The notes under the pieces were generated by a model. It was not told where the DNA came from, ran no database searches, and saw only the letters and a list, made by a program, of their open reading frames with translations. A stretch of DNA of 64,000 nucleotides from Longimicrobiales bacterium (GTDB taxonomy: Bacteria > Gemmatimonadota > Gemmatimonadetes > Longimicrobiales > Gaopeijiaceae), in the NCBI GenBank assembly GCA_965218295.1, contig CBDCKN010000015.1, positions 128,001 through 192,000 of the forward strand, written 5' to 3'. Positions 29,050 to 39,176 of this stretch are shown here, piece by piece (the first letter of the stretch is position 1; each line of letters starts with the position of its first letter). The position numbers were made by a program, and so were the translations under genes.

Positions 29050-30023
29050 ATCAGGGCCTCTTCGAGGACGACGGAGTGGTGGCCCTGACGCGTGAGTCCG
29101 TCCGCGGCATCACGCACCTGGGGGGCACCATCCTGGGCACCACCAGCCGTGGAAATCCCCTGGAGTGGCCCGTGGAGCGACCCGACGGATCGGTGGAGCT
29201 CGTAGACCGGTCCGACGAGATCATCGGAGAGTTCCGCCGTCGAGGGATTGACGCTCTGATCGCCATCGGAGGGGACGGCTCGCTCCGAATCGCGTCGGTG
29301 CTGGCCGACAAGGGGCTCTCGGTCGTGGGAGTCCCCAAGACCATCGACAACGATCTGGCTTCGACCCAGGTGACCTTTGGCTTCCACACCGCCGTAGCCA
29401 CGGCCACCGACGCTATCGGCCGGCTCCACTCCACCGCAGAGGCTCACGGCCGTGTCATGGTAGTGGAGCTAATGGGTCGGAACGCCGGCTGGATCGCATT
29501 GTTCGCCGGTGTAGCGGCCACGGCCGACGTGATCCTCATACCCGAGATTCCGTACAGCCTCGATACATTGTGCGCCAGGATCGAGGACCGCTACGAGGCG
29601 GGGCACGGGTTCGCCATCGTGGTCGCCGCCGAGGGCGCAGCCGAGGCGGGTGGATCACAGACATTCAAGGAGCAGATCCAGGGCGGGGCCTCTCCCCGCC
29701 TCGGCGGCATCGGTGAGAGGCTCGCCGCCCAGATCGAGGAGCGAACCGGTCGCGAGACTCGATCTCTCGCCCTCGGTCACCTCCAGCGGGGAGGGGAGCC
29801 CAGCGCCTACGACCGCCTTCTGGCTCTTCGCTTCGGATCGGCCGCCGTGGAGCTGATAAGGGACCGGCGCTTCGGCTGTATGGTGGCTCTCGACCCGCCC
29901 GACGTTCTGGCCGTCCCCCTGAGCGAGGCCATCGCGAAGGTGAAGCTCGTGCCCGTGGATGGCGACGTGGTGCGGACGGCCAGGAGCGTGGGGATCTCGT
30001 TCGGAGACGAGCAGCTAGCCTGA
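29041..30023 (+). pseudogene. pfkA: 6-phosphofructokinase lacking its N-terminus
   Basis: GGTILGT, IGGDGS, PKTIDND, ELMGR, LGHLQRGG present; the N-terminal TGGGDAPGLNA motif and a start codon for it are absent. Confidence 0.8.
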
Positions 30024-31700
30024 GTGCGGGCGGGACGCGACGAAGCTCCTCAGCGTCCCGATGGCCAGAACCGTGAGAGCCCCCACCACGTTGTAGTAGA
30101 GCCACGAGATGTCCGTCGTGATGGACACCACGAAGACGGCCAGCATGCCGCCCAACAGTCCCCAAAAGGCGCCGTTTCCGTCGGCATCCTTTACCATGAA
30201 GGCCAGGAGGAAGACACCCAGGAGCGATCCGTAGAAGAACGAGCCCACCTGATTCACGGCTTCGAGAAGCGATCCGAGCCTGCCGGCATAGAGCGCCACT
30301 CCACACGCGAACAGTCCCCAGAACAACGTCGTGATGCGGGATACGGTCAGGTAGTGCGCCTCCGACGCCCCCACCCGAAAATGTCGTCTGTAAAAGTCGA
30401 TGACCGTAGCGCTGGATAGTGCCGTGAGCTCCGAGTCGAGGGACGACATGGCCGCGGCGAAGATTACGGCAATCATGAGCCCGAGGAGGCCAGCCGGCAC
30501 GTACCTGATGAGGTAGGACGGGAAGACATAGTTCACGTCGTTGGACGAGGCCCCCCGGACCTCGGAGACGACGGCCCTCGCCTCCCTGCGGAGCCCCTGC
30601 AGCTGTCCGTCGTACTCGCCGATGCGCTGTTGCAGATCGGCCAGATCTTGGCCCTCACGCCGGGCTTCAAGGAGGCCGAGCGTCGCCTGCCTCCGCAGCG
30701 AGTGCACGTCTCCGTGCTCCCGCTCGAGCCTCCTGAACTCGTCCCCGCTCCGGCTCTCCCGCACCATGGTCACCTCTGCCGAGTTGAAGAGCAGCGGTGG
30801 GCGCTCGAAGTGGTAGAAGACAAAGAGCAGGACGCCGATGGACAAGATGGCGAACTGCATCGGCACCTTGAGAAACGCGTTGAAGATGAGCGACAGCCTG
30901 GCGGATCTTAGAGAGTCGGCCGTCAGGTACCGCTGAACCTGGCTCTGGTCGCACCCGAAATACGCCAGGGCCAGAAAGAACCCCCCGATCATCCCGGACC
31001 AGATCGTATAGGTGTTCGTCGGATCCCACGACCAGTCAATGCTCGACCACATCTCCTGGATCCCACCGATGTAGACGACGTCGGCCACGCCCACCTCGCC
31101 CGGGAGAGTGCCGAACAGGATGACCAAAGCCGCCGCGATTCCTACGAACATCATCAGCATCTGGATGACGTCGGTCCAGATGACGGCGGTGATCCCGCCG
31201 GCCATCGTATAGGCGATCGTGACCACCGCCATGATGAGAATCGTGATCTTCTCGTCCCATCCCATGATCACCGAGAGAACGATGGCCGGTGCGTAGAGGA
31301 CGATGCCGGCCGCCAGCCCACGAGAGATGAGAAACAGGAAGCTCGTCAGCGAGCGCGTCTTGGCGTCGAATCGATTCTCCAGGTACTCGTAGGCCGTAAA
31401 GACCTTGGAGCGGTAGAAGAAGGGGACGAAGAGAACGCACAGGATAACCATGACGAAGGGCTGCGGGAGGTACACCTGGATGAATTCCATCCCGTCGTCG
31501 AAGGCCTGCCCGGTGGTCCCGATGAAGGTGATGGCGCTGGCCTGGGTCGCCATGACCGACAGGCCGATCGCCGCCCACGGAAGGCGTCGATTGCCCAGAA
31601 AGAACCCCTCGACCCCGACGTTCTTTCGGCTCTGATACAGGGCGAACCCGATGACGCCGCCGAAGTAGACGGCGAAGACCGTCCAGTCGAGGGCCGTCAC
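30015..31700 (-). CDS. Sodium:solute symporter (SSS)
   Basis: Many TM segments; MATQASAITF, GGITAVIWTD, DQSQVQRYL, IFAAAMSS. Confidence 0.9.
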   Translation of the reverse strand: MTALDWTVFAVYFGGVIGFALYQSRKNVGVEGFFLGNRRLPWAAIGLSVMATQASAITFIGTTGQAFDDGMEFIQVYLPQPFVMVILCVLFVPFFYRSKVFTAYEYLENRFDAKTRSLTSFLFLISRGLAAGIVLYAPAIVLSVIMGWDEKITILIMAVVTIAYTMAGGITAVIWTDVIQMLMMFVGIAAALVILFGTLPGEVGVADVVYIGGIQEMWSSIDWSWDPTNTYTIWSGMIGGFFLALAYFGCDQSQVQRYLTADSLRSARLSLIFNAFLKVPMQFAILSIGVLLFVFYHFERPPLLFNSAEVTMVRESRSGDEFRRLEREHGDVHSLRRQATLGLLEARREGQDLADLQQRIGEYDGQLQGLRREARAVVSEVRGASSNDVNYVFPSYLIRYVPAGLLGLMIAVIFAAAMSSLDSELTALSSATVIDFYRRHFRVGASEAHYLTVSRITTLFWGLFACGVALYAGRLGSLLEAVNQVGSFFYGSLLGVFLLAFMVKDADGNGAFWGLLGGMLAVFVVSITTDISWLYYNVVGALTVLAIGTLRSFVASRPHSG

Positions 31701-31864
31701 GGCGCCCCGAAGTCGAGGGTGACGGTGAAGACGTGCAGGAGTATGATCAGGGCCGTGGAGTAGACCAGGACGGCACCGTATAGCCAGCCCCAGCTCGGGA
31801 AGATTCCAATCCTCCCGCCCTCGTCCTCGTCAGCGGCGTTGGATGGCTCGTCCACGTCTGTCAT
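31697..31864 (-). CDS. 55-aa single-TM protein coupled to the SSS gene
   Basis: Below ORF-track cutoff: MTDVDEPSNAADEDEGGRIGIFPSWGWLYGAVLVYSTALIILLHVFTVTLDFGAP. TGA overlaps the SSS GTG; ATG is 3 nt after the PIG-L stop. Confidence 0.75.
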   Translation of the reverse strand: MTDVDEPSNAADEDEGGRIGIFPSWGWLYGAVLVYSTALIILLHVFTVTLDFGAP

Positions 31865-31867
31865 CGG

Positions 31868-34582
31868 TCACCGCGATCCCTGATGCGCATTCCACTCGGC
31901 CGCGGTCAGCGACACGAGGTTGGCGAAGAGCCGGTAGGCCCCCGGGACACCGGCGGGGAACTGCCGGAAGAAGGAGAGGGCCACGTAAGCATAGATCCCC
32001 TCTCCCACGGACGCGACCAGGAGGGATCCGTGGGTCGGCTCCTCACCCGGGTCGGTGAGCTCGAGAAGCGGCGTGAAGCGTTCGTCCCACTCGCTTAGGA
32101 AGTAGAGGCCCCGCTCCTGCACCCACCCCTCGAAGTCCGTCTCCGTGATTCGATTGGGCGTGTTGAATACGGGGGATCCTGGATCCAGCAACGCGAACGG
32201 CGAGCTCTCGTCCGTCACTCGCGGGGCCGACCGATTTCCCATGCTCACCGGGTAGGGAGCGAAGCCACCCCGGGGATACTCGAACTTGTTGTACTGCACG
32301 ATCACCGTCCCGCCGGCCCGGGCGAACTCCAGGATCCGGTCGTTCGCCGCCGTCACGTCGGGGCGAGTCTCGTATACCCGGATCCCCAGTACCAGGACGT
32401 CGTACAGGGAGAAGTCCCCGTCACGGACGCGTTCGGCCGTTACCTCCTCCACGTCGGCACCCATCTGGCGGAGGGCCTCCAGCCCGTCATCGCCCGACCC
32501 CATCACGTAGCCCACTTTAATCCCCGCGGCCACCGTGACGGGTAGAACCGAGGCCCGCATCTCGGCGGGCTCCATGTAGAGGGTGCGCTCAACGTGCGGA
32601 TAGTCGATGATGTCGACCCGCTCGTCGAAGCGGGTGCCGTCGTCCCGGATGGCCAGCGCCCGGAAGAAGTGGGCACCGGCATCCACGTCTCCGCCCGGCT
32701 CTACCGTGAACGTGAAGCCCCTGCTGGAGCCCTCCACGTCCATGGTGAAGGGGACGCTGGCTGGCGTGACCTCCCAACCCTCGGGAGCTTGGAGAGCCAC
32801 GCTGCCGGCCGCTCCGGAGTTCGAGTCGTTACGGAGGAGAACCGTCATTTGCCGTGCTTCGCGGGAGCCCTGGGGCCACACCATGCCCCTCGGCTCGATG
32901 GCTACGGACAGGGCCGGGGTCGTCAGCACCGGAGCGCGGAATTCACCGCTGGTGTCCACCCCTACGTATTGGGCCCGACTCCCCCACACCAGGTGCACCG
33001 GCCCGTTGATCCCCGGAATGTGGAGATCGAACTCCCCCGCCGCGCTGAGGAGTGCCCTCCAATTCCGAGGGAGGCTCTCCGAGCCGTCGGTACCTGCCCA
33101 CCGATACATGTCTCCATCCCGTGGGGACTCGAGGTAGTAGAGACGGGACACTGGGAGCGCGTCATCGAGGCGCACCCGGTAGCTCCAGCGTGCCATCTCC
33201 CCGGAATCCAGCTTTCGAGGATCGAGGGTCTGCCCGTCGGCACCGATGAACTCCGCCGACCCGCCGGCCCATTCTCCCGGCCCTGCGGTCCGGACGAGCG
33301 CTCCGTCTATGCGGAACGGCCCACCGTTCCAGACCCGCACGTCCAGATCCACCTCCTGGCCGGCGGTCACGAGATCGTCGCTGGCCCTGACATCGACCAC
33401 GATGGACGCTGTCTTGAGAAGAGCCCACCGGACCTGAGCGGCCCGCACCGCCAGGAGCTCGGTCAGGATCGATCCGGCGTCCGCCAGGTCTCGGGCGAGC
33501 CCGAAGGTGGCCTGGAGGTGACGATAGGCCAGAGCCAGCGGTGCGGCCGCCCGCTCGGGGCGGAGGGCGTCCAAGGACTGGGCGGCATCGTGAACGGCGG
33601 TCCGATACGCCCTGAGGTGCTCCCGGATCGGCGCGGCCGTCTCCCCCGGCAACCCCGCCGTGAGCCCGGCGAGCGTCGTGTCGACCCCGGCGAAGATCCC
33701 GTCGTCGCCGGCCGACTCCCGCACGTGGCTCTTGGCGAGCCGAAGGCCCGAGGCCTGCTGGCCGAGAGGCTGAGGGGCTCCCATATCCTGGGACCTGTGT
33801 TGGCTCCGGCTCTCCATGGCCAGCTGCAAGTAGGATCGGCCGAGAAGGGGGTCGAACGTCCCGGTGGGCACCGTGACGGGCGGCGGCCCAGGGCTGCGGC
33901 GAACGGAGTGGTAGAGCTTGTCCGCCCTCCAGGGTCGGGCCGCGCCTCCTGGCAGATCCGCGAATCTCGCCGGGTCAGCCGCCACATCGAAGGCCGCGCT
34001 GGCCAGTATGCCGCTGGCCTGGTGCTGTCCGTGGCCGTCGCGGGCCGTGCCGGACCAGACCGAGACGATGACCTGTGGACGAAAGGTGCGGATCACCCAC
34101 ACGACATCCCTCAGGATCTCGTCCCTGGGCCAGTGGGTGAAGGCCTCGTCGGCGCTCTTGGAGAAGCCATAGTCGTAGGCCCGCGTGAAGAACTGTCGCC
34201 CGCCGTCCAACCTGCGCGCCGCCTCGAGCTCCCCCGTGCGGATGATTCCGAGACGCTCGCCGAGCTCGGGACCGATGAGGTTCTGGCCGCCGTCCCCCCG
34301 GGTGAGGGAGAGATACGCCGTCTCGACCCCCCTACCCCGGGCCAGGGCCGTAAGCAGACCGGTATCCTCGTCGTCTGGGTGAGCCCCGATCATGAGCACT
34401 CGCTTGACGCCATCGAGCCGCCGGAGCGTGAGTCCGGCCTCCACGACGCCACTCCCCTCCGGACCGATCTGCGCCGAGAGCGGTCCGGCGCCGAGCATCG
34501 ACGCCACCAGGGCCGCGATCAGAACCGTTATCGGCCGGGGCGCACTCCAGCCCCGCGGGCGTCTCCTGCATTTTGTCGTCAT
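31868..34582 (-). CDS. Exported PIG-L/LmbE-family deacetylase with NEW3-like Ig and C-terminal GATase-like domains
   Basis: GAHPDDED, TRGDGGQN, RTGEL, HGQHQ, SQHRSQ; signal peptide; GWVQERGLYF. Confidence 0.85.
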   Translation of the reverse strand: MTTKCRRRPRGWSAPRPITVLIAALVASMLGAGPLSAQIGPEGSGVVEAGLTLRRLDGVKRVLMIGAHPDDEDTGLLTALARGRGVETAYLSLTRGDGGQNLIGPELGERLGIIRTGELEAARRLDGGRQFFTRAYDYGFSKSADEAFTHWPRDEILRDVVWVIRTFRPQVIVSVWSGTARDGHGQHQASGILASAAFDVAADPARFADLPGGAARPWRADKLYHSVRRSPGPPPVTVPTGTFDPLLGRSYLQLAMESRSQHRSQDMGAPQPLGQQASGLRLAKSHVRESAGDDGIFAGVDTTLAGLTAGLPGETAAPIREHLRAYRTAVHDAAQSLDALRPERAAAPLALAYRHLQATFGLARDLADAGSILTELLAVRAAQVRWALLKTASIVVDVRASDDLVTAGQEVDLDVRVWNGGPFRIDGALVRTAGPGEWAGGSAEFIGADGQTLDPRKLDSGEMARWSYRVRLDDALPVSRLYYLESPRDGDMYRWAGTDGSESLPRNWRALLSAAGEFDLHIPGINGPVHLVWGSRAQYVGVDTSGEFRAPVLTTPALSVAIEPRGMVWPQGSREARQMTVLLRNDSNSGAAGSVALQAPEGWEVTPASVPFTMDVEGSSRGFTFTVEPGGDVDAGAHFFRALAIRDDGTRFDERVDIIDYPHVERTLYMEPAEMRASVLPVTVAAGIKVGYVMGSGDDGLEALRQMGADVEEVTAERVRDGDFSLYDVLVLGIRVYETRPDVTAANDRILEFARAGGTVIVQYNKFEYPRGGFAPYPVSMGNRSAPRVTDESSPFALLDPGSPVFNTPNRITETDFEGWVQERGLYFLSEWDERFTPLLELTDPGEEPTHGSLLVASVGEGIYAYVALSFFRQFPAGVPGAYRLFANLVSLTAAEWNAHQGSR

Positions 34583-34785
34583 GTCACGAACGTATCTCCC
34601 GCCCTGGATGCGCGAAAATCCGGATCGGTCACTACCGACTCTCACCGGGCCACGGAAGTGCCAGCGGAACCTTAGGCGGGGGGCCCCGGGATTCTGCATG
34701 CGAAATCCCTTGCTTGTCCGAAGTTCGAAGGCACGGATATGTTGGGCCGAACTTCAAACGGCCTATTTGCCCCGGAGGGTAATCG

Positions 34786-36174
34786 ATGAATCAGCCCCGC
34801 GACCATTGGAGCTCCAACCTGGGCTTCATCCTGGCGGCCACCGGCAGCGCCATCGGTCTGGGCAACCTCTGGAAATTCCCATTCATCACGTGGGAGAACG
34901 GGGGCGGGGCCTTCGTACTCATCTACCTCGTCTGCATCGCCGGCGTGGGCCTACCCATCATGATGGCCGAGCTACTCATCGGCCGGAAGACGCAGAAGAG
35001 CCCCGTGGGCGCCCTGAAAGAGGCCGTCGGTCCGCTCTGGGGCTGGGTGGGCGCGTGGGGGGTGATGGCGGGATTCATCATCCTGAGCTACTACGCCGTC
35101 GTCGCGGGATGGTCTCTGATCTACTTCGTGAAGACGGTGGGATGGAGCCTCTCGGGGTTCCCCGTCGGGCTGGAAGCAGGAACCGTGTTCACCGATCTGA
35201 TCGGCAACGGCGGAACGCAGTTCATTCTTTCTGGCCTGTTCATGGCGGCGACGGTGGGGGTCGTATACTTCGGGGTCCACAGCGGAATCGAGCGGGTGAC
35301 CCGCATTTTCCTACCCGTCCTGTTCGGGATCCTCGTCATGCTCCTCGTGAGCGCCCTGACCATGGAGGGCTCCGGAGAAGCGCTGGCCTTCATCTTCCGG
35401 CCCAACTTCAGCGAGCTGCAGCCACGTGGGATTCTGGAGGCGCTGGGGCACTCGTTCTTCACCCTGTCCCTGGGCATGGGCGCCATGATCACCTACGGGT
35501 CGTACGTGCAGCGGGGCAGGTCGCTGGTGAATGCCGCCGGGATCATCGTCACCCTAGACACCATGATCGCTCTGTTCGCAACGACCATCATGTTCTCGGT
35601 CATCTTTACCGTGCCGGGAATGGCCGATGAGGTGGGCAAGTCGGCGGCCGGGATGCTGTTCATCTCCCTGCCCCAGCTCTTTTACGAGGTCGTCCCCTTC
35701 GGTCGAGTACTGGGGCCCCTCTTCTACGTGCTGGTCGCACTGGCAGCGCTCACGTCCACGATCTCGCTGCTCGAGGTGGTGGTGAGCTACTTCATCGACG
35801 AGCGTAAGATGAGCCGTCCCAGCGCGACGCTGCTGAGCGGGGGCGCCATCTTCGTGTTCACCATTCTGTCGGCGCTGTCCTTCGGCGCCCTGCCCGCGCT
35901 GTCCAGCTTCGAGATCTTCGCCGGGAAGCCCGGCGTCTTCGCGACGCTCGACCACTTCGCCTCCAACTGGGCTCTCCCCATCGGCGGGCTGCTGATCACC
36001 CTGGCCGCCGGCTGGTTCATGTCCCGCGAGGACACGGAGTCAGAGCTCGTCGACGAGACCACGCCGGGCTGGTTCAACTATAGGGCGTGGCGGTTCTTCA
36101 TCCGCTTCGTCGCTCCCGCTGCCGTGGCGGCCATCCTGATCGCCGTCATCTTCTTCGGCGCCGACTTCTCGTAA
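34786..36174 (+). CDS. NSS (SNF) family sodium-dependent transporter
   Basis: GSAIGLGNLWKFP, ENGGGAF, FFTLSLGMGAMITYGSY. Confidence 0.92.
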   Translation: MNQPRDHWSSNLGFILAATGSAIGLGNLWKFPFITWENGGGAFVLIYLVCIAGVGLPIMMAELLIGRKTQKSPVGALKEAVGPLWGWVGAWGVMAGFIILSYYAVVAGWSLIYFVKTVGWSLSGFPVGLEAGTVFTDLIGNGGTQFILSGLFMAATVGVVYFGVHSGIERVTRIFLPVLFGILVMLLVSALTMEGSGEALAFIFRPNFSELQPRGILEALGHSFFTLSLGMGAMITYGSYVQRGRSLVNAAGIIVTLDTMIALFATTIMFSVIFTVPGMADEVGKSAAGMLFISLPQLFYEVVPFGRVLGPLFYVLVALAALTSTISLLEVVVSYFIDERKMSRPSATLLSGGAIFVFTILSALSFGALPALSSFEIFAGKPGVFATLDHFASNWALPIGGLLITLAAGWFMSREDTESELVDETTPGWFNYRAWRFFIRFVAPAAVAAILIAVIFFGADFS

Positions 36175-36316
36175 TCGGGTGGGAGGGGGGCTCACGCCCC
36201 CCCGTGCGCCCCCCGGGTTGCCTTTCCCTCTCGCGAAACCTTGGCGATCTTTTCATGTTTCTCATGGTACCAGCCCAACCAGGCCCGGCATCGCACGCGA
36301 ACCAAGTGCCACCCGC

Positions 36317-38413
36317 ATGATCTCAGACCTCCTCAGCCGGCCGACCCCTAGGCGCTCCGCGACGCTCCGCTTCGACGGGCGCATCCTATACCTGGTGGAC
36401 GACTCGGCGCTCATGGAGGCCCAGTTGGCCGGTGGCCAGGACCTGGAGCTCACCGAGGAGCTCAAGGTCAGGCTTCGCGATCAGATCAGCACCGACGAGA
36501 TCACCCCCGCGTACATCTGCCTCTTCTACGACGAGACCCTGGGAGACTTCCCGTACCTCGGGCTGTCGACGGTCAATCCGGAGACCGGCGCCATCGAGTC
36601 CCCGGTCGGGCGGAACGCTGTGAGGAACGGGGGCTTCGTCTGCTCCGTAGCCGGGAAGCGCCGGGGCAAGGGCAGCAGCCGCGAGGCGAGCCCGTACGCC
36701 GAGCTCAAGGCCGGCCTCCAGGTCGTGGTGGCCGAGAGCCTGGAGCGGATCTACAACGAGAACTGCCAGAACCTGGGTATACTCACCACTACCGACTTCG
36801 ACATCATCCGCCGCATCGAAGAGGGAGACCAGATCCCCCTCTCGATCTTCACGGCCGGACAGGACGAGATCACCCGCCAGATCATCGAGTACGGGGGGCT
36901 TTTCGAGTTCAACGTGGCCCGCCTCCAGGGCAAGGCGACGGTCCCGGAACCGAAGCGCGCCGATGACGACTCCGCGCCCTCGGCTCCCATGACATTGGCG
37001 GATAAGATCTTCGCGAAGCACTGGGTCGTCGACGCGGCTAAAGGCGAGATCGGGGTGCCCTGGGTGGAGCCGGGCGAGGCGGGGTTCTTCCACACCGACA
37101 TCCGCTTCTCCCACGAGTACGTGACCCCCATGGCGGCCATCTTCTTCGAGGAGAAGGTCGGCGAGACAGGAGAGGTCGTCGACCCGTCCAGCGTTCTCTT
37201 CTTCCGGGACCATCTCACATTCCTGTCCAAGGTGATGAGCCAGGAGCGCATCGAGCAGGGCCTCCTGGACGTGGCGAACGAGCTCGAGGTCAAGCAGAGG
37301 AAGTTCGCCGAGAAGCAGGGGATCCGGCTCTACGGTGAGCAGATGGGCCATGAGCTCGGCTCCGAGGCCATCTGCCACTCGAAGATCCTGGAGGAGTATG
37401 CCGAGCCGGGAATGCTCATCATCGGATCGGACTCGCACACTCCACACGCCGGAGCCATCGGCTGCGTGGCGTTCGGCGTTGGGACCACCGCGATCTTCAA
37501 CTCGTGGATCACCAAGGACGTCCGGGCCCGGGTGCCCGAGTCGTTCAAGGTCGTGATCTCGGGCGAGCCCAAGGCCAACGTGACCGCCAAGGACTACATG
37601 CTCGAGATCCTGAGAACCCCGTACATCCGGGACGGACACGCCATCGGTCAGGTCATCGAGTACGCGGGCCCCGCCGTGGAAGCCCTCTCCGTTGACGAGC
37701 GTGCGACCATGACGAACATGGCCGCCGAGGTGGGCGCGTTCACCGGCATCGTCGGCGCGGACGCGAAGACCGTTGAGTTCCTCGTGAACGACCGGGGCAT
37801 GGACTGTTCCGCGGCAGAGGCGCTGATCCAGGGGATGCAGAGCGACCCGAACGCCTCGTACGTGAGGGTCATCGAGATCGACGCGTCCACCATCCAGCCC
37901 ATGGCGGCCCTCCCCGGCGATCCCGGGAACGGGGTGCTCATCTCGGAGCTGGAGGCCGAGCCGATCCGAATCGACATCGCCTACGCAGGCTCGTGCACGG
38001 CGGGCAAGAAGGAAGACATGGACATGTACGCCCGGGTCTTCCGCGAGGCGCACGCGTCGGGAGGGCTGAAGGTGCACCCCGACGTCGAATGCTTCATCCA
38101 GTGCGGCTCCGTGGAGGTACGCGAGTACTGCCGGGAGAGGGGCTACTTGGAGCTGTTCGAGAGTGTCGGGGCCTCGTTCATCGAGCCCGGCTGCGGCGCG
38201 TGCATCAACGCGGGCCCCGGCGTGACCCGCTCGCAGGACGAGGTATCGGTGTCCTCGCAGAACCGGAACTTCCCCGGCCGGTCCGGCCTGGGGCAGCTGT
38301 ACCTGGTGTCCCCCTACTCGGTGGTGGCCAGTGCCATCGCCGGCTTCGTGACCCAGTGGGAGCCCGGCAAGACCATCGAGCCCATCACGCCTCGTAAGCT
38401 GGCCATGGTCTGA
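36317..38413 (+). CDS. Aconitase-family hydratase, LeuD-like swivel domain fused N-terminally to a LeuC-like domain
   Basis: N: DQISTDEITP, GKGSSREASP. C: MTLADKIFAKH, GSDSHT, AGSCT, PGCGAC, NRNFPGR. Confidence 0.85.
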   Translation: MISDLLSRPTPRRSATLRFDGRILYLVDDSALMEAQLAGGQDLELTEELKVRLRDQISTDEITPAYICLFYDETLGDFPYLGLSTVNPETGAIESPVGRNAVRNGGFVCSVAGKRRGKGSSREASPYAELKAGLQVVVAESLERIYNENCQNLGILTTTDFDIIRRIEEGDQIPLSIFTAGQDEITRQIIEYGGLFEFNVARLQGKATVPEPKRADDDSAPSAPMTLADKIFAKHWVVDAAKGEIGVPWVEPGEAGFFHTDIRFSHEYVTPMAAIFFEEKVGETGEVVDPSSVLFFRDHLTFLSKVMSQERIEQGLLDVANELEVKQRKFAEKQGIRLYGEQMGHELGSEAICHSKILEEYAEPGMLIIGSDSHTPHAGAIGCVAFGVGTTAIFNSWITKDVRARVPESFKVVISGEPKANVTAKDYMLEILRTPYIRDGHAIGQVIEYAGPAVEALSVDERATMTNMAAEVGAFTGIVGADAKTVEFLVNDRGMDCSAAEALIQGMQSDPNASYVRVIEIDASTIQPMAALPGDPGNGVLISELEAEPIRIDIAYAGSCTAGKKEDMDMYARVFREAHASGGLKVHPDVECFIQCGSVEVREYCRERGYLELFESVGASFIEPGCGACINAGPGVTRSQDEVSVSSQNRNFPGRSGLGQLYLVSPYSVVASAIAGFVTQWEPGKTIEPITPRKLAMV

Positions 38414-38539
38414 GGCAGAGGATGTCCACGCTCGAACCCTTCGTCCCGGATCGAGCGCTCTATCCGTTCGACTCCCGCTGGTTCCAGAGCAGCGTCGGGC
38501 AGGTCCACTAAAGATCCGGCAATCGCTTGCCGGATCCGA

Positions 38540-38612
38540 TGGTCGCTACTGGACTCGAACCAGTGACCCCTACGATGTGAGCGTAGTGCTCTACCAACTG
38601 AGCTAAGCGACC
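38540..38612 (-). tRNA. tRNA-Val (CAC)
   Basis: GGTCGCTTAGCTCAGTTGGTAGAGCACTACGCTCACATCGTAGGGGTCACTGGTTCGAGTCCAGTAGCGACCA; full cloverleaf; CCA not encoded. Confidence 0.95.
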
Positions 38613-38662
38613 CCGGCTGAGAACGCGGCGCCCCTGCCGCGATCCAGTCGTTCGAGAATCAG

Positions 38663-38735
38663 TACCCCCACGGGGAATCGAACCCCGGTTTCCTGGCTGA
38701 GAACCAGGTGTCCTAGGCCACTAGACGATGGGGGC
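38663..38735 (-). tRNA. tRNA-Glu (CTC)
   Basis: GCCCCCATCGTCTAGTGGCCTAGGACACCTGGTTCTCAGCCAGGAAACCGGGGTTCGATTCCCCGTGGGGGTA; cloverleaf; CCA not encoded. Confidence 0.95.
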
Positions 38736-38880
38736 AAATGCTGTGCCCTCTCGCTGGGAGGGCCGAAAGCATAAATAGGATGCGCTCCCGATTCAACCCC
38801 ACGGAACGGTGGGGTGCCTATGGGTTAAGTCATCAAGTCCCAACGGATTGGGCAGGCAATCAAGGGAACCTGAAAGATAC

Positions 38881-39171
38881 ATGGTCGAGAAGCTGAACGA
38901 CGAGTCCATCCGTGGGTGGTTGGACGGGCGAGAGGGGTGGAAACGGAAGGGCAAGAAGCTGACCAAAGGGTTCAGTTTCGCGTCCTTTCGTGACGCCATC
39001 GTGTTCGTCAACCGAGTGGCCAGCCTGGCCGACGATATGGACCACCATCCGGACATCGACATCCGCTACACGACGGTGAGCCTGACGTTGACGACGCACG
39101 AAGCGAAGGGTCTCACCCAGAAAGACCTCGACTTGGCGGGGCGGGTCGACTTCGCCACCTCGGCGCGCTAG
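38881..39171 (+). CDS. phhB: Pterin-4-alpha-carbinolamine dehydratase
   Basis: FVNRVASLADDMDHHPDIDIRY, LTTHEAKGLTQKDLDLA. Confidence 0.88.
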   Translation: MVEKLNDESIRGWLDGREGWKRKGKKLTKGFSFASFRDAIVFVNRVASLADDMDHHPDIDIRYTTVSLTLTTHEAKGLTQKDLDLAGRVDFATSAR

Positions 39172-39176
39172 GCCAC

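Noticed and set aside
32594..34675. 693-aa plus-strand ORF (likewise 36386-38077, 44411-45892, 47521-48942, 51790-53838, 7962-9152)
   Set aside because: Antisense or off-frame shadows of well-supported genes; Arg/Pro/Gly-rich or motif-free, as expected in high-GC DNA.
38540..38735. tRNA-anchored genomic island or prophage
   Set aside because: No integrase, no phage genes and no duplicated tRNA 3' end were seen.
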